From: Spirochaetia bacterium
GTDB taxonomy: Bacteria; Spirochaetota; Spirochaetia; CADAEX01
Assembly: GCA_045606105.1 (NCBI GenBank)
Contig: JAZURI010000003.1
Coordinates: 1-64,000 of the forward strand
Reading direction: 5' to 3'
Length of the DNA stretch: 64,000 nt
Below the pieces are notes generated by a model. That model did not search any database and was not told the origin of the DNA. It was given only the letters and a program-made list of their open reading frames with translations. A program made the translations under genes and the position numbers. Positions 1 to 9,987 of the stretch are shown piece by piece. Position 1 is the first letter of the stretch; every line of letters starts with the position of its first letter.

Positions 1-1368
1 GATATTTGTTCATTAGATACATTTTTTGAAAATATTCTTTTATATAAAAGAGCAATATTAATTGCTAAGCAAATGCATAAAGATTTATCTATTTTTGAAA
101 ATAATCTTTATAATATTTTTACTTCAAAAGGTTATGATAATAATTCGCAACTTATTTTTTTTGCAGAGACATTAAGAGTTTTTGATTTTTCTAAATCAAA
201 TTCTTCTATAATAAAAAATAAATTAATTGATTATGGAAAACAATTAGAAAATGATTCAAATTATACTCTTGCAGAACAATATTATAATGAAGCATCTTTA
301 TGGGCTGAACCTGAGGAAGATAGAATTAGGATTCAAATATATAGAGTCCGTGCATTTATAAACTTTGCTGAAGCAAAAAACACTTCTGGCCTTGCTGCTA
401 ATAAATTTTATACGAAAGCAATAGAGATATTACGAGAATTAAAAAAGGAAACACGAGAACAATTTTTCACAACTGATGAAGAACAAGAGTTAATTAGAAA
501 GAAACAAAATAGTGGAAAAGAAGCTATTAGTGAGATGCAAACCAATTTTATTCCTATGGATAATCTTAATAATTTAATTATTCAAATACAAAATGAAGTA
601 TTAAATAATATATGTAATAAATCAAAAGAAGAAGCTTTATTAAACTTTGCTTGTTTAACAACCATAAAAGCAGAAACATTTGAAAATCAAGCAAAACAAA
701 TGAATAATAGTGCTTTTTTTGCAATCTCGAATATGGATTTTTACGCGAAGGATGGTAGGAAAATAGGTTCGACATATAGTACTGATAAAGACAATTCTGA
801 TGCCTCTAATCCTCAAATATTTAATATGATGGTTTATCATTACACACATTTCTTAAATTTAATTACCTTTGCTAGAATAATAACTGGCCTTGATTATTTG
901 AATTTAGAACATCATATTTCATACAATGATGTTAAAACAATTGTACATCAATCATATTTAATTCCAGAAGATAGAGAAGAAGTTATATGTAAAGGATTGC
1001 TTGCAGGTTTTTCTCGTGATTTTACAATTAGCTTAAACCTGTTAGCACCCCAATTTGAAAACATAGTTAGAAACATACTACAACGTAATGGAATTAAAAC
1101 TATTACTTTAGGAGAAGATGGAAAAGAAATAGAAATTGGACTAAGTAATTTAGTAAAAATCGATGAATTTAAAAATTTATTTGGTGAAGATTTAACATTT
1201 GAAATCCGAGCTCTATTATGTGAATCAATTGGTCCAAATCTTAGAAATAATACTGCACATGGTTTATTAAATGATTGTGAAATGAATAGTAATTTCAGTA
1301 TATATTTCTGGTGGTTTTTCTTTAGTTTTATATATCGTACATTTTATTCAAATAAACAAAATTCCTAG
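1..1368 (+). CDS. DUF4209-like / HEPN-type protein, 5'-truncated by window edge
   Basis: Frame 1 is open from base 1 to the ATG at 73, so the ORF probably starts upstream. C-terminal GPNLRNNTAHG carries an Rx4H HEPN-like motif; LAPQFENIVR resembles DUF4209. Very AT-rich. Confidence 0.7.
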   Translation, partial: DICSLDTFFENILLYKRAILIAKQMHKDLSIFENNLYNIFTSKGYDNNSQLIFFAETLRVFDFSKSNSSIIKNKLIDYGKQLENDSNYTLAEQYYNEASLWAEPEEDRIRIQIYRVRAFINFAEAKNTSGLAANKFYTKAIEILRELKKETREQFFTTDEEQELIRKKQNSGKEAISEMQTNFIPMDNLNNLIIQIQNEVLNNICNKSKEEALLNFACLTTIKAETFENQAKQMNNSAFFAISNMDFYAKDGRKIGSTYSTDKDNSDASNPQIFNMMVYHYTHFLNLITFARIITGLDYLNLEHHISYNDVKTIVHQSYLIPEDREEVICKGLLAGFSRDFTISLNLLAPQFENIVRNILQRNGIKTITLGEDGKEIEIGLSNLVKIDEFKNLFGEDLTFEIRALLCESIGPNLRNNTAHGLLNDCEMNSNFSIYFWWFFFSFIYRTFYSNKQNS

Positions 1369-1416
1369 TACTAACTAATAAAGAAATAAAAAAATATTCT
1401 TAGAGGAGATGAACTA

Positions 1417-4400
1417 ATGCAATTCACCGAACACAGTCTTGAACTTTCGATAATGGAACTCTTTGAAAACGAAGGATATACTCACCAGACTGGGCAGGAT
1501 ATTCACCGTGAAAAGACGGATGTTCTGTTACCTGAATTGCTTAGAGCTTTTCTTCTTCATCGTTATGCTGCTGATGGGATTACTGAATCTGAAATTGCAA
1601 CAATCATTACTCTGCTCAAAAACATAAGCGGTTCTGATTACGATGCGAACAAGCGGATGCTGGACTTAATCTGTAATGGCTTTACTTTCCGCCGGGAAGA
1701 CAAAACTCAGAAAGATCTTTTTATTCAGCTTATTGATTTTGAAGAACCTGAACGAAACTTTTTTGAAATTGTAAATCAGGTTGAGATTCAGGGGCGGGAG
1801 CAGCTTCGTATTCCGGACGGCATTGTTTATGTAAACGGACTCCCGCTTGTTGTGCTTGAGTTTAAGTCGGCAATCAAAGAAAACACAACAATTGAAGATG
1901 CATATAAACAGCTTACAATCCGCTATCGCCGCGATATCCCGGAGCTTTTCAAATACAATGCTTTTGTTGTAATCAGCGACGGAGTGAATAATAAGATTGG
2001 TTCGCTCTTTAGCCCTTATGAATATTTTTATGCCTGGCGTAAGATTGAAAGCACAGACAAGGAAGTTGATGGAATCTCTTCTCTTATCACTATGGTAAAA
2101 GGGCTTTTCCGTAAAGACCGGCTTGTAAAAGTTATAAAAGATTTTGTTTACTTTCCGGATTCCAGCGATAAAGAAACAAAAATTGTCTGCCGATATCCTC
2201 AATTCTTTGCGGCTGAATCTTTGTATAAAAGCATTGGTTCTGCTATCCGTCCAAATGGAAATGGTAAAGGTGGTATTTACTTTGGTGCTACAGGCTGCGG
2301 TAAAAGCTACACAATGGTTTTCTTGAGCAGGCTTTTGATGAAGTCCCGCGATTTGAACAGCCCGACAATTGTTGTAATTACTGACCGAACAGACCTTGAT
2401 GCTCAGCTTAGCAAAATCTTTGTTGAAAGTAAAAACTATATTGGCGATGAAAATGTTGAATGTATTGAAAGCCGTGCCCTGTTGAAAGAAAAACTTGAAG
2501 ACAGAAAAAGCGGCGGTGTATTCCTTACTACAATTCAGAAATTCTGTGAAGATATAAAGCTCCTTTCTGAGCGTTCAAATATTATCTGTATAAGTGATGA
2601 AGCTCACCGCAGTCAGAATAATCTTGAAGGAAAAACTGTAATTACAGATAAGGGCGTTGAACACAAATACGGCTTTGCAAAGTATCTGCATGATTCACTT
2701 CCTAATGCAACTTATGTCGGCTTTACTGGAACTCCAATCGATGAAATGACACAGGTCTTTGGTGATGTTGTTGAATCCTACACAATGAAAGAATCTGTTG
2801 CCGATGGAATAACAGTAAATCTTGTTTATGAAGGTCGTGCCGCAAAGGTAATTCTTGACCAGAAGAAGGTCCAGGAGATTGAAGAATATTACGCTCAGTG
2901 CGAGGATGAAGGCGCAAATGAAGCGCAGATAGCCGCAAGTAAAAAGGCAGTTGTAAACCTTGATGCAATTATTGGTGATGATGATGTAGTTGCAGAAGTT
3001 GCCCAGGATTTTATTAATCACTATGAAACTCGTGTTCGAGAAGGAGCTACTGTTGAAGGCAAAGCAATGTTTGTCTGTTCAAACAGAGAGATTGCCTATA
3101 AGCTCTGGCAGAAGATTGTAGAGCTCCGTCCTGAGTGGAACGAAAAGAAAGATTGTGGCGACAAAGATTATAAACCAATCGAAAAAATCAAAATGGTAAT
3201 GACTGAAAACAAGGCTAAAGATACAAAAGGTCTTTTTGAACTTCTCGGAAATCACGAATACCGAAGAGAACTAGACCGTCAGTTTAAGAAGATTGAATCA
3301 AACTTTAAGATTGCAATTGTTGTTGATATGTGGATTACAGGCTTTGATATTCCTTCTCTTGATACAATCTACATTTATAAGCCGCTGCAGAAGCATACTT
3401 TGATTCAAACAATAAGCCGAGTAAACAGAACTTACAAAGGAAAAGACCGAGGCTTGATAGTAGACTACATCGGAATCAAACGAGCCATGAATGAAGCCCT
3501 CAAAAAATATACCGGCGATGATAACGAAGAGTTTGAAGATACAGAAAAAGCCGTTGCAATTGTAAAAGACCAGATCAGTGTTCTCGATGCAATGTTCAAT
3601 GAGTTTGATTCTTCTGATTATTATAATGGAAGTCCGCTTAAGCAGCTTGAATGTTTGAACAAAGCTGTTGAGTTTATTCAGGCAAGTGAAGAATTAGAAA
3701 AGAGATTTATGGATGCTGTTCGCAGAATGAAAAAGGCATTCAATCTTTGTTCTTCCAGCGAGTCTATTACAAAGAGTGATAAAGATAAAATCAATTTTTA
3801 TATTGCGATTCGTTCAATTTTGTTCAAGCTGACTAAGGGTGATGCGCCTGACATTACAACAATGAATCATCATGTTGCACAGTTGATAAACGAAGCAATT
3901 AAAGCTGATGGTGTTGAAGAACTATTCCAGGTTGGAAAGAATGTAAACTTTGATATCTTTACACCAGAATATTTTGAAAAGATAAATGCAATCCAACTTC
4001 CAAATACAAAAATCAAAATATTACAGCAGCTTTTAAAGCAGGTTATTGCGGACTATAAGCGTACCAACAAAATCAAAGCCATGGAATTCAGCGAGCGAAT
4101 GAAGAAGCTGGTTGAAGAATACAACAACCGTCACCTTGATGATTTTACTGTACAGGTTCTTGATGAAGTTACAAAGCAGTTGAATGAATTACTCAATGAT
4201 ATTCAGAAAGACAAAGAGCACTTTAAGGAACTAGGAATCAGTTTTGAAGAAAAAGCCTTCTACGACATTCTTGTTAGCTGTGCACAGAAATTCCATTTTG
4301 AAAATCAATATCCCGATGACAAGATGAAAGATCTTGCGAAAAAAGTTAAAGCTCTTGTAGATGATAAGACAAAGTATACTGATTGGGACCAGAGAATTGA

Positions 4401-4530
4401 TGTAAAAGCTGAAATGGAAGCTGACTTGATAATTCTTTTAGATAACAATGGTTATCCGCCTATTCCGAGAGTTGAAGTATATAAAGAGGTTTTTGAGCAA
4501 GCTGAAAATTTTAAGAAATATACCGACTGA
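1417..4530 (+). CDS. hsdR: Type I restriction endonuclease subunit R
   Basis: PDGIVYVNGLPLVVLEFK nuclease motif, ATGCGKS Walker A, DEAH box, FTGTP, VVDMWITGFD, QTISRVNR; SD gaggag upstream. Confidence 0.97.
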   Translation: MQFTEHSLELSIMELFENEGYTHQTGQDIHREKTDVLLPELLRAFLLHRYAADGITESEIATIITLLKNISGSDYDANKRMLDLICNGFTFRREDKTQKDLFIQLIDFEEPERNFFEIVNQVEIQGREQLRIPDGIVYVNGLPLVVLEFKSAIKENTTIEDAYKQLTIRYRRDIPELFKYNAFVVISDGVNNKIGSLFSPYEYFYAWRKIESTDKEVDGISSLITMVKGLFRKDRLVKVIKDFVYFPDSSDKETKIVCRYPQFFAAESLYKSIGSAIRPNGNGKGGIYFGATGCGKSYTMVFLSRLLMKSRDLNSPTIVVITDRTDLDAQLSKIFVESKNYIGDENVECIESRALLKEKLEDRKSGGVFLTTIQKFCEDIKLLSERSNIICISDEAHRSQNNLEGKTVITDKGVEHKYGFAKYLHDSLPNATYVGFTGTPIDEMTQVFGDVVESYTMKESVADGITVNLVYEGRAAKVILDQKKVQEIEEYYAQCEDEGANEAQIAASKKAVVNLDAIIGDDDVVAEVAQDFINHYETRVREGATVEGKAMFVCSNREIAYKLWQKIVELRPEWNEKKDCGDKDYKPIEKIKMVMTENKAKDTKGLFELLGNHEYRRELDRQFKKIESNFKIAIVVDMWITGFDIPSLDTIYIYKPLQKHTLIQTISRVNRTYKGKDRGLIVDYIGIKRAMNEALKKYTGDDNEEFEDTEKAVAIVKDQISVLDAMFNEFDSSDYYNGSPLKQLECLNKAVEFIQASEELEKRFMDAVRRMKKAFNLCSSSESITKSDKDKINFYIAIRSILFKLTKGDAPDITTMNHHVAQLINEAIKADGVEELFQVGKNVNFDIFTPEYFEKINAIQLPNTKIKILQQLLKQVIADYKRTNKIKAMEFSERMKKLVEEYNNRHLDDFTVQVLDEVTKQLNELLNDIQKDKEHFKELGISFEEKAFYDILVSCAQKFHFENQYPDDKMKDLAKKVKALVDDKTKYTDWDQRIDVKAEMEADLIILLDNNGYPPIPRVEVYKEVFEQAENFKKYTD

Positions 4531-4578
4531 AATCCCCATCCCCCTGAAACTTCTCTTTACCCCCCGTTCCCGGTCCGA

Positions 4579-6156
4579 TTACCTTTTCTCTTTTTCCAGC
4601 TTTTTTCTGTTCAGCAGCTTCTGTCTGTCAGCTTGTCTGAGCAGTTCCAGCTTAAGGGTGGTTACATTGCTTGCGGTGCTGTATCTGTCTATTATGGTAT
4701 CCATGGCTATTGCCAACCCTGCCAGCTCTGTGGGAATTCCCATCTGAGAGAAGAGGAAAGCAAAACCGGTGATGGCTCCGCCCGGTATCGGCGGTATGGC
4801 TATGGAGAGCAGGGTAGCGGTAATGCATCCTGTAAGAAGCAGCCCCGGAGAACAGCTTTGTCCGCAGGTTTCCAGTCCGAACATTATGCATATGAGAAAA
4901 AATATCGAGGTTGTGGGTTTGTACATTACTGTTCCCACGGAAATTCCCATATTGGTAAGTTTTTTGTTTATACCCAGCTTCTTTTCACAGCACTCCAGGT
5001 TTGTTCCGTAGGCTGCGGCAGAAGACATGGTGGTATAGGCCGCCACATATGACGGCAGGAGTTTTTTCAGCAGACTGACACAGCTGCTCCTGATCTTTAA
5101 TCCGACTATGGATGTATACAGAATCGGAAGGGAAAAGCATGTGATAAATGTAAACAGAAGGGGTTTCCAGAGCCTGAGTGCTATGCCGCTGTTTTCTCCC
5201 CACAATGTTTTAAGGACAATGAGGAACATGACAAAGGGAATAAGCCGGCTGATCCACTCGGTCATAAGAAAGATTACCGCATTGGCCTCCTCTGTCAGTC
5301 TCCTTATTAAATTTCCCTTTTCTCCCGATGCCACCAAGAGTATTCCCGTGACGACAGCCACAAGTACTATCTGCAGCGTTTTTCCGTACAGGAACGGACT
5401 TATGGAATTTATAGGAAGGATATCTGTAATCAAAGAAAGGGATTCCGTCATTTTTTCCCGGAGATCTCCGCTGCCGGTTATGTTCAGTGAAAAGAACGGA
5501 AGCATAAGCAGCCCGGCGGCAAAGGTCAGCATGAAGCTTTTGGAAACGAATCTGAAAACCATGTTGTTTCCCGCTTTCTTCAGCTCCGAAATATTTTCCA
5601 TTCCGCTTGTACCGTAGAGTATGGAAATGAATATCATGGGAACCGCCACCAGCATGAAAAGGCTCAGTATGGAATCAAGCAGCGGTACCACCAGCATTTC
5701 TCTCAGCACCGAAGCTTGGTCCCCGCACAGCAGAAGTACGGCCTGACCCAGTACAAAGGCTGAAGCTGAGGCAATAAATACCTTCTTGCCCGCCTTGGAA
5801 ATAATCTTTTTCAGGTAGACGGTTATCCTGTTTACCCCTTTGCGGTAGGAATAAAGAGGGGCAAGACCCAGATCTGCCAGAACTCTGGTACTCCAGTCGT
5901 CATCGTCCTGACTGATGGGATTAAAGGCCTCCCCCGGAACAGATATGGTGATATATGATATTCCCATCCGTTTTCCGGTCTCCGGTATGTATTCCTTTTT
6001 TTCTCCGAACCTGTCCTGGTACCTTAGAAGAATTTCTTCCATGGTAAGGGTAAGCCTGAGGCTGTTTTCCCGGGAAATGGAATTTTCCTTCAGAAAGTTT
6101 TCGGTTTCCCTGACTGTGGAATCTATATTTTTGTTGGAGAGAGAAAGGGCTTTCAT
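4579..6156 (-). CDS. Dicarboxylate/amino acid:cation symporter (DAACS) family protein with N-terminal degenerate HATPase_c-like domain, paralog 2
   Basis: Multi-TM region with TMSSAA (HP1), AIPPIPGG (HP2), DTIIDRYSTASN (TM8); about 115-aa soluble N-terminal extension. Confidence 0.85.
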   Translation of the reverse strand: MKALSLSNKNIDSTVRETENFLKENSISRENSLRLTLTMEEILLRYQDRFGEKKEYIPETGKRMGISYITISVPGEAFNPISQDDDDWSTRVLADLGLAPLYSYRKGVNRITVYLKKIISKAGKKVFIASASAFVLGQAVLLLCGDQASVLREMLVVPLLDSILSLFMLVAVPMIFISILYGTSGMENISELKKAGNNMVFRFVSKSFMLTFAAGLLMLPFFSLNITGSGDLREKMTESLSLITDILPINSISPFLYGKTLQIVLVAVVTGILLVASGEKGNLIRRLTEEANAVIFLMTEWISRLIPFVMFLIVLKTLWGENSGIALRLWKPLLFTFITCFSLPILYTSIVGLKIRSSCVSLLKKLLPSYVAAYTTMSSAAAYGTNLECCEKKLGINKKLTNMGISVGTVMYKPTTSIFFLICIMFGLETCGQSCSPGLLLTGCITATLLSIAIPPIPGGAITGFAFLFSQMGIPTELAGLAIAMDTIIDRYSTASNVTTLKLELLRQADRQKLLNRKKLEKEKR

Positions 6157-7730
6157 TTTCTCAGAATATTCCTGTCAAGCATGTTGTTCCTGTCTGCCTG
6201 GATCAGAAGCTCCGCATCCAGGGAAAGGATATTGCCCGCAGTTCCGAATCTGTCAAAGATCAGATCCAGGGGAATTGCAAAAATGAGGGCCTCCTGAGGA
6301 ATGTTGAGCTGTGCAAAAAGAAGGACAAAGCAGGATACCGCACTGCCCGGAACCGGAGGAATGGCTATGGCCAGAAGTCCCGACAATATAAAGGTCGATA
6401 CCAGCGTTACAAATGATAGCCCCGCGCCGTAGTGTTCTACAGTAAAGAGGGCGCAGGTGAAGAAAAATAGTGCAGAGGCCGGTTTGTACATGACAGATCC
6501 CATGGGAATGCCCATGCCGGTAAGCTTCTTGCTTATACCCAGCTTTTTTTCGCAGCAGTTAAGGTTTATGCCGTAGGTGGCAGAGGATGAAGCAGTGGAA
6601 AAAGCTGTGATGAAAGGGCCTGACAGCTTGCCTGCAAGCTTTGCCAGAGGCACCTTGAACCTGATACTCGCATATATGATATGGAGCAGGGTTATGATAA
6701 CTGCCCCGATTGTGGTAATGACTATAGGTTTCCAGATTTCAATTATGTTTAAAGTGTTTCCCTGCCACATGGATTTAAGGATAATGATGAAAATCAGCCC
6801 GGGAGTGATTTTTCCTATCCATTCCACCAGGATATAGGCCATGGAGTTTGCTTCCTCCGCAAAGCTTCTGAGCAGGGCTGTTCTGCTGTCAAGGGCAATC
6901 ATTGCCAGGCCTGTAACCACCGCCATTACTATGAGCTGTATGGTGTTTCCCGTAATGAACGGATCAAGTATGTTCCGCGGAAGCATGTCCAGGATCAGCT
7001 TTACCAGACCCGATGTCTGATCTATATTTATCCCGGTTCTGACAGTACTGAACCTGAAGAAGGGCAGAATGACAAGGCCGCATACCAGGGCGCAGATAAA
7101 GGTTCCCCCGATGAATCTCAGTATCAGCCTGTTTCCCACCTTCCTGAATTCCGTCATGCTGCCCATGCCGAAAACTCCGGTCATTACCGAAAGGAAAATC
7201 AAAGGAAGGGCGGTGATTATGAAAAGATTCATTATCGAGTTCTGAAGCGGTGTCAGGAAACTCTCTGCCACGTATGCCGTATATCCTGCAAAAAGGTGCA
7301 TGCCGGCAAATCCGGTCAGCAGGGCTGTCAGTATTGCGATGATGATTTTCAGATTGCTGCCGGTTTTTTTCTGTCTGCTGACACTGAGAATGATTCTGTT
7401 TGTTCCTCGGCTGTAGGAATAGGACGGATTCAGGCCCAGGTTTGCCAGTATGCGGTTTCCCCAGCCGTTTTCTTCATCCCTGATTTCCATGGGGTTGAAT
7501 TCCTCTCCCTCCACGGAAATGCACAGGTAGGATCTGCCGAATTTTCTGCCGGTGGAGAAGAAAAATTCCTTATCCTGACCGAAGCGGTCCATGAACCTCA
7601 GCATTATTTCTTCCATAAGAAGAGTTATGCGCAGGGCATTCCGCCGTTCAAGCTTTAAGCTTTCCAGCCAGCTTCCGGTTTCTTCTGTTACCTTGTTTAT
7701 TTCAATGTTATTCAGCAGAAATCTGTTCAT
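6153..7730 (-). CDS. DAACS family symporter with N-terminal degenerate HATPase_c-like domain, paralog 1
   Basis: FSTASSSAT, AIPPVPGS, DLIFDRFGTAGN; same length (525 aa) and colinear with paralog 2; ATGA overlap. Confidence 0.85.
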   Translation of the reverse strand: MNRFLLNNIEINKVTEETGSWLESLKLERRNALRITLLMEEIMLRFMDRFGQDKEFFFSTGRKFGRSYLCISVEGEEFNPMEIRDEENGWGNRILANLGLNPSYSYSRGTNRIILSVSRQKKTGSNLKIIIAILTALLTGFAGMHLFAGYTAYVAESFLTPLQNSIMNLFIITALPLIFLSVMTGVFGMGSMTEFRKVGNRLILRFIGGTFICALVCGLVILPFFRFSTVRTGINIDQTSGLVKLILDMLPRNILDPFITGNTIQLIVMAVVTGLAMIALDSRTALLRSFAEEANSMAYILVEWIGKITPGLIFIIILKSMWQGNTLNIIEIWKPIVITTIGAVIITLLHIIYASIRFKVPLAKLAGKLSGPFITAFSTASSSATYGINLNCCEKKLGISKKLTGMGIPMGSVMYKPASALFFFTCALFTVEHYGAGLSFVTLVSTFILSGLLAIAIPPVPGSAVSCFVLLFAQLNIPQEALIFAIPLDLIFDRFGTAGNILSLDAELLIQADRNNMLDRNILRK

Positions 7731-7799
7731 CTGATAAAAGATTATCAGAATATTCTTTGCGGTGCAATATTTATGTAAGATTAAAAAATGAAAAGGATA

Positions 7800-7872
7800 T
7801 GGAGCTGATCAGACTCGAACTGACTACCTTTTGAATGCCATTCAAACGCTCTACCTGGTGAGCTACAGCCCC
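7800..7872 (-). tRNA. tRNA-Ala(GGC)
   Basis: Reverse complement GGGGCTGTAGCTCACCAGGTAGAGCGTTTGAATGGCATTCAAAAGGTAGTCAGTTCGAGTCTGATCAGCTCCA: acceptor stem with G3:U70, anticodon loop ATGGCAT, TTCGA T-loop; CCA not encoded. Confidence 0.97.
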
Positions 7873-7880
7873 ATAATTTC

Positions 7881-7909
7881 ATTCTATCACAAAAAGAGTT
7901 TTTTGTCAA
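7881..7909 (-). promoter_or_regulatory. sigma70-type promoter of tRNA-Ala
   Basis: TTGACA-N17-TAGAAT on the minus strand, 8 nt before the tRNA 5' end. Confidence 0.85.
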
Positions 7910-7917
7910 AACCTGTT

Positions 7918-8655
7918 TCAGTCCTGAATCGGTCTGAAATAGGCAGGCATCTGTCTCTTGTGACGGCTTCCGTTGTGGTATCTTTCCAGGATTTTCAGAT
8001 CCTCAGGAGAAGCAACTCCGTTCAGCAGGTAATTGTCGATATTGGCATAGGTTATTCCCATGTCCTTTTCATCGGTCTGTCCCTCGTAGAGACCTGCGGA
8101 AGGGGCTTTCTTTATGATGTTTTCCGGTGCTCCCAGATATTCAAGAAATTCGTAAACCTCCTTTACGGTAAGGTCCACGATAGGGTTGAAGTCACAGCCT
8201 CCGTCACCCCATTTTGTAAAATATCCCATATAGGTTTCGCTTCTGTTGCCGGTTCCTGCCACCAGCTTTCCCTCCGATGCCCCGATGGCATACAGGGTGG
8301 TCATCCTGATTCTCGGCGCCATGTTGGTAAGGGCGGTCCGGTTAAGCTCTGTCTTGCCCTCCAGTGCCTTGAGAAGCTCCTGCTTTATAGGAGTTATATC
8401 CACGACTCTGGTTTCGATACCGAATTTTTCGGCTACCTCCAGACCGTCCTTCATGTCTTCCTCGAAATTTCTCTTGGATTCGCAGGGCATGATGACTCCG
8501 GTAGTATTTTCACAGGCCATCTTGCTGAGGATACCTACCAGCGCACAGTCCTTTCCGCCGCTGTTCCCGTATACTATTCCCTTGGCTCCGCTCTTTGCCA
8601 GGAGCTCTTTAATGAATGCTACTCTGTTTTCCAGCTCTTCCTTGTAATTTCTCAT
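7918..8655 (-). CDS. nadE: NAD(+) synthase, NH3-dependent
   Basis: SGGKDC, NMAPRIRM, GTGNRSE, GYFTKWGDG, KAPSAGL motifs. Confidence 0.95.
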   Translation of the reverse strand: MRNYKEELENRVAFIKELLAKSGAKGIVYGNSGGKDCALVGILSKMACENTTGVIMPCESKRNFEEDMKDGLEVAEKFGIETRVVDITPIKQELLKALEGKTELNRTALTNMAPRIRMTTLYAIGASEGKLVAGTGNRSETYMGYFTKWGDGGCDFNPIVDLTVKEVYEFLEYLGAPENIIKKAPSAGLYEGQTDEKDMGITYANIDNYLLNGVASPEDLKILERYHNGSRHKRQMPAYFRPIQD

Positions 8656-8758
8656 GGTTTTATTCTATCATTTGCCCCTCTCCGTAACAAGTGTAAATTG
8701 ACAAAATCACTATAAAGGGATAGAAATTTAATTAGTATATTTTTATTTAGGAAAACAG

Positions 8759-9976
8759 ATGAAACAGGTCAGACAGGCATTAAGATTAAGTAATGTGGAA
8801 TATGCAATCAGGGGACCGGTTCTGGATGCAGCCCAGAAGCTTGAAAAAGAGGGAAGAAAGATATTCAAGCTGAATATCGGAAATACGGGAGCCTTTCAGT
8901 TCGATATAGATCCCAGAATCAGGGATTATGTCATGGAAAATCTCGGCAGGGCCGGCGGTTACTGTGATTCCAACGGACTTCTTGAAGCCAGGGAAGCAAT
9001 CAGGGACTACTATGAAAGCAAGAATTTCCCGAAAGTAGACCTGGACAACATATTTATCGGAAACGGTGTAAGTGAGCTTATTACCCTTACTACACAGGCG
9101 CTCATCAATCCCGGGGATGAACTTCTGGTTCCTTCCCCTGACTATCCGCTGTGGACTGCGGCGGTCAATCTTTCCGAGGGGCGTGCCGTTCACTATATCT
9201 GTGACGAGGAATCCAACTGGAATCCGGATCTCAAGGATATAGAAAGCAAGATTACATACAGGACAAAGGGTATTGTTCTCATTAACCCAAACAACCCAAC
9301 AGGAAGCATTTATCCCAGAGAAATAATCGAAGGTATCGTGGATATAGCCAGAAGATACGGTCTGGTTATCTTCTCCGATGAAATCTATGACAGGATCATC
9401 TACGACGGCGATACCCATTATTCACCGGCCTGTTTTTCACAGGATATCCTGACCATTACCTTCAACGGTCTTTCCAAGGCACACCGTTCCTGCGGACTCA
9501 GGGCCGGATGGATGGTTCTTACCGGAAACAACAGGGTGGCAGAGGATTACAAGATCGGTCTCAAGACCCTTACCAGCATGAGACTCTGCAGCAATGTACC
9601 TGCTCAGCTGGCCATCAAGCCTGCACTGGAGCTGGATGATTCGATTTTTGCCCTTACTGCGGAAAACGGAAGACTCAGAAAACAGAGAGACCTGTGTCAT
9701 GAAATGCTCAATGCCATTCCGGGGGTAAGCTGCAGGAAGGCGGCTGCTTCGCTCTATGTTTTCCCTAAGTTTGATACAGTGAAGTTCAACATAAAGAATG
9801 ACGAAAAGTTTGTTCTCGATTTCCTTGAAAGCAAGAATGTACTTCTTGTACCAGGATCGGGATTCAACTGGAAATATCCGGATCACTGCAGAATAGTATT
9901 CCTTCCTTCAGAAGAAGATCTCAGGGAATCCCTGACCCGTCTGGGCGAGTTCCTCGGAACCTACAGACAGGAATAG
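8759..9976 (+). CDS. alaA: PLP-dependent class I/II aminotransferase, AlaA-like
   Basis: YAIRGPV, KLNIGN, GNGVSELI, INPNNPTG, DEIYD, NGLSKAHR..G.RAGW. Confidence 0.85.
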   Translation: MKQVRQALRLSNVEYAIRGPVLDAAQKLEKEGRKIFKLNIGNTGAFQFDIDPRIRDYVMENLGRAGGYCDSNGLLEAREAIRDYYESKNFPKVDLDNIFIGNGVSELITLTTQALINPGDELLVPSPDYPLWTAAVNLSEGRAVHYICDEESNWNPDLKDIESKITYRTKGIVLINPNNPTGSIYPREIIEGIVDIARRYGLVIFSDEIYDRIIYDGDTHYSPACFSQDILTITFNGLSKAHRSCGLRAGWMVLTGNNRVAEDYKIGLKTLTSMRLCSNVPAQLAIKPALELDDSIFALTAENGRLRKQRDLCHEMLNAIPGVSCRKAAASLYVFPKFDTVKFNIKNDEKFVLDFLESKNVLLVPGSGFNWKYPDHCRIVFLPSEEDLRESLTRLGEFLGTYRQE

Positions 9977-9987
9977 AGGAGCCTTCA

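Noticed and set aside
7800-7872. tRNA-Ala as integration site of the RM island
   Set aside because: Separated from the island by two host-like transporter genes; no duplicated tRNA 3' end seen in the window
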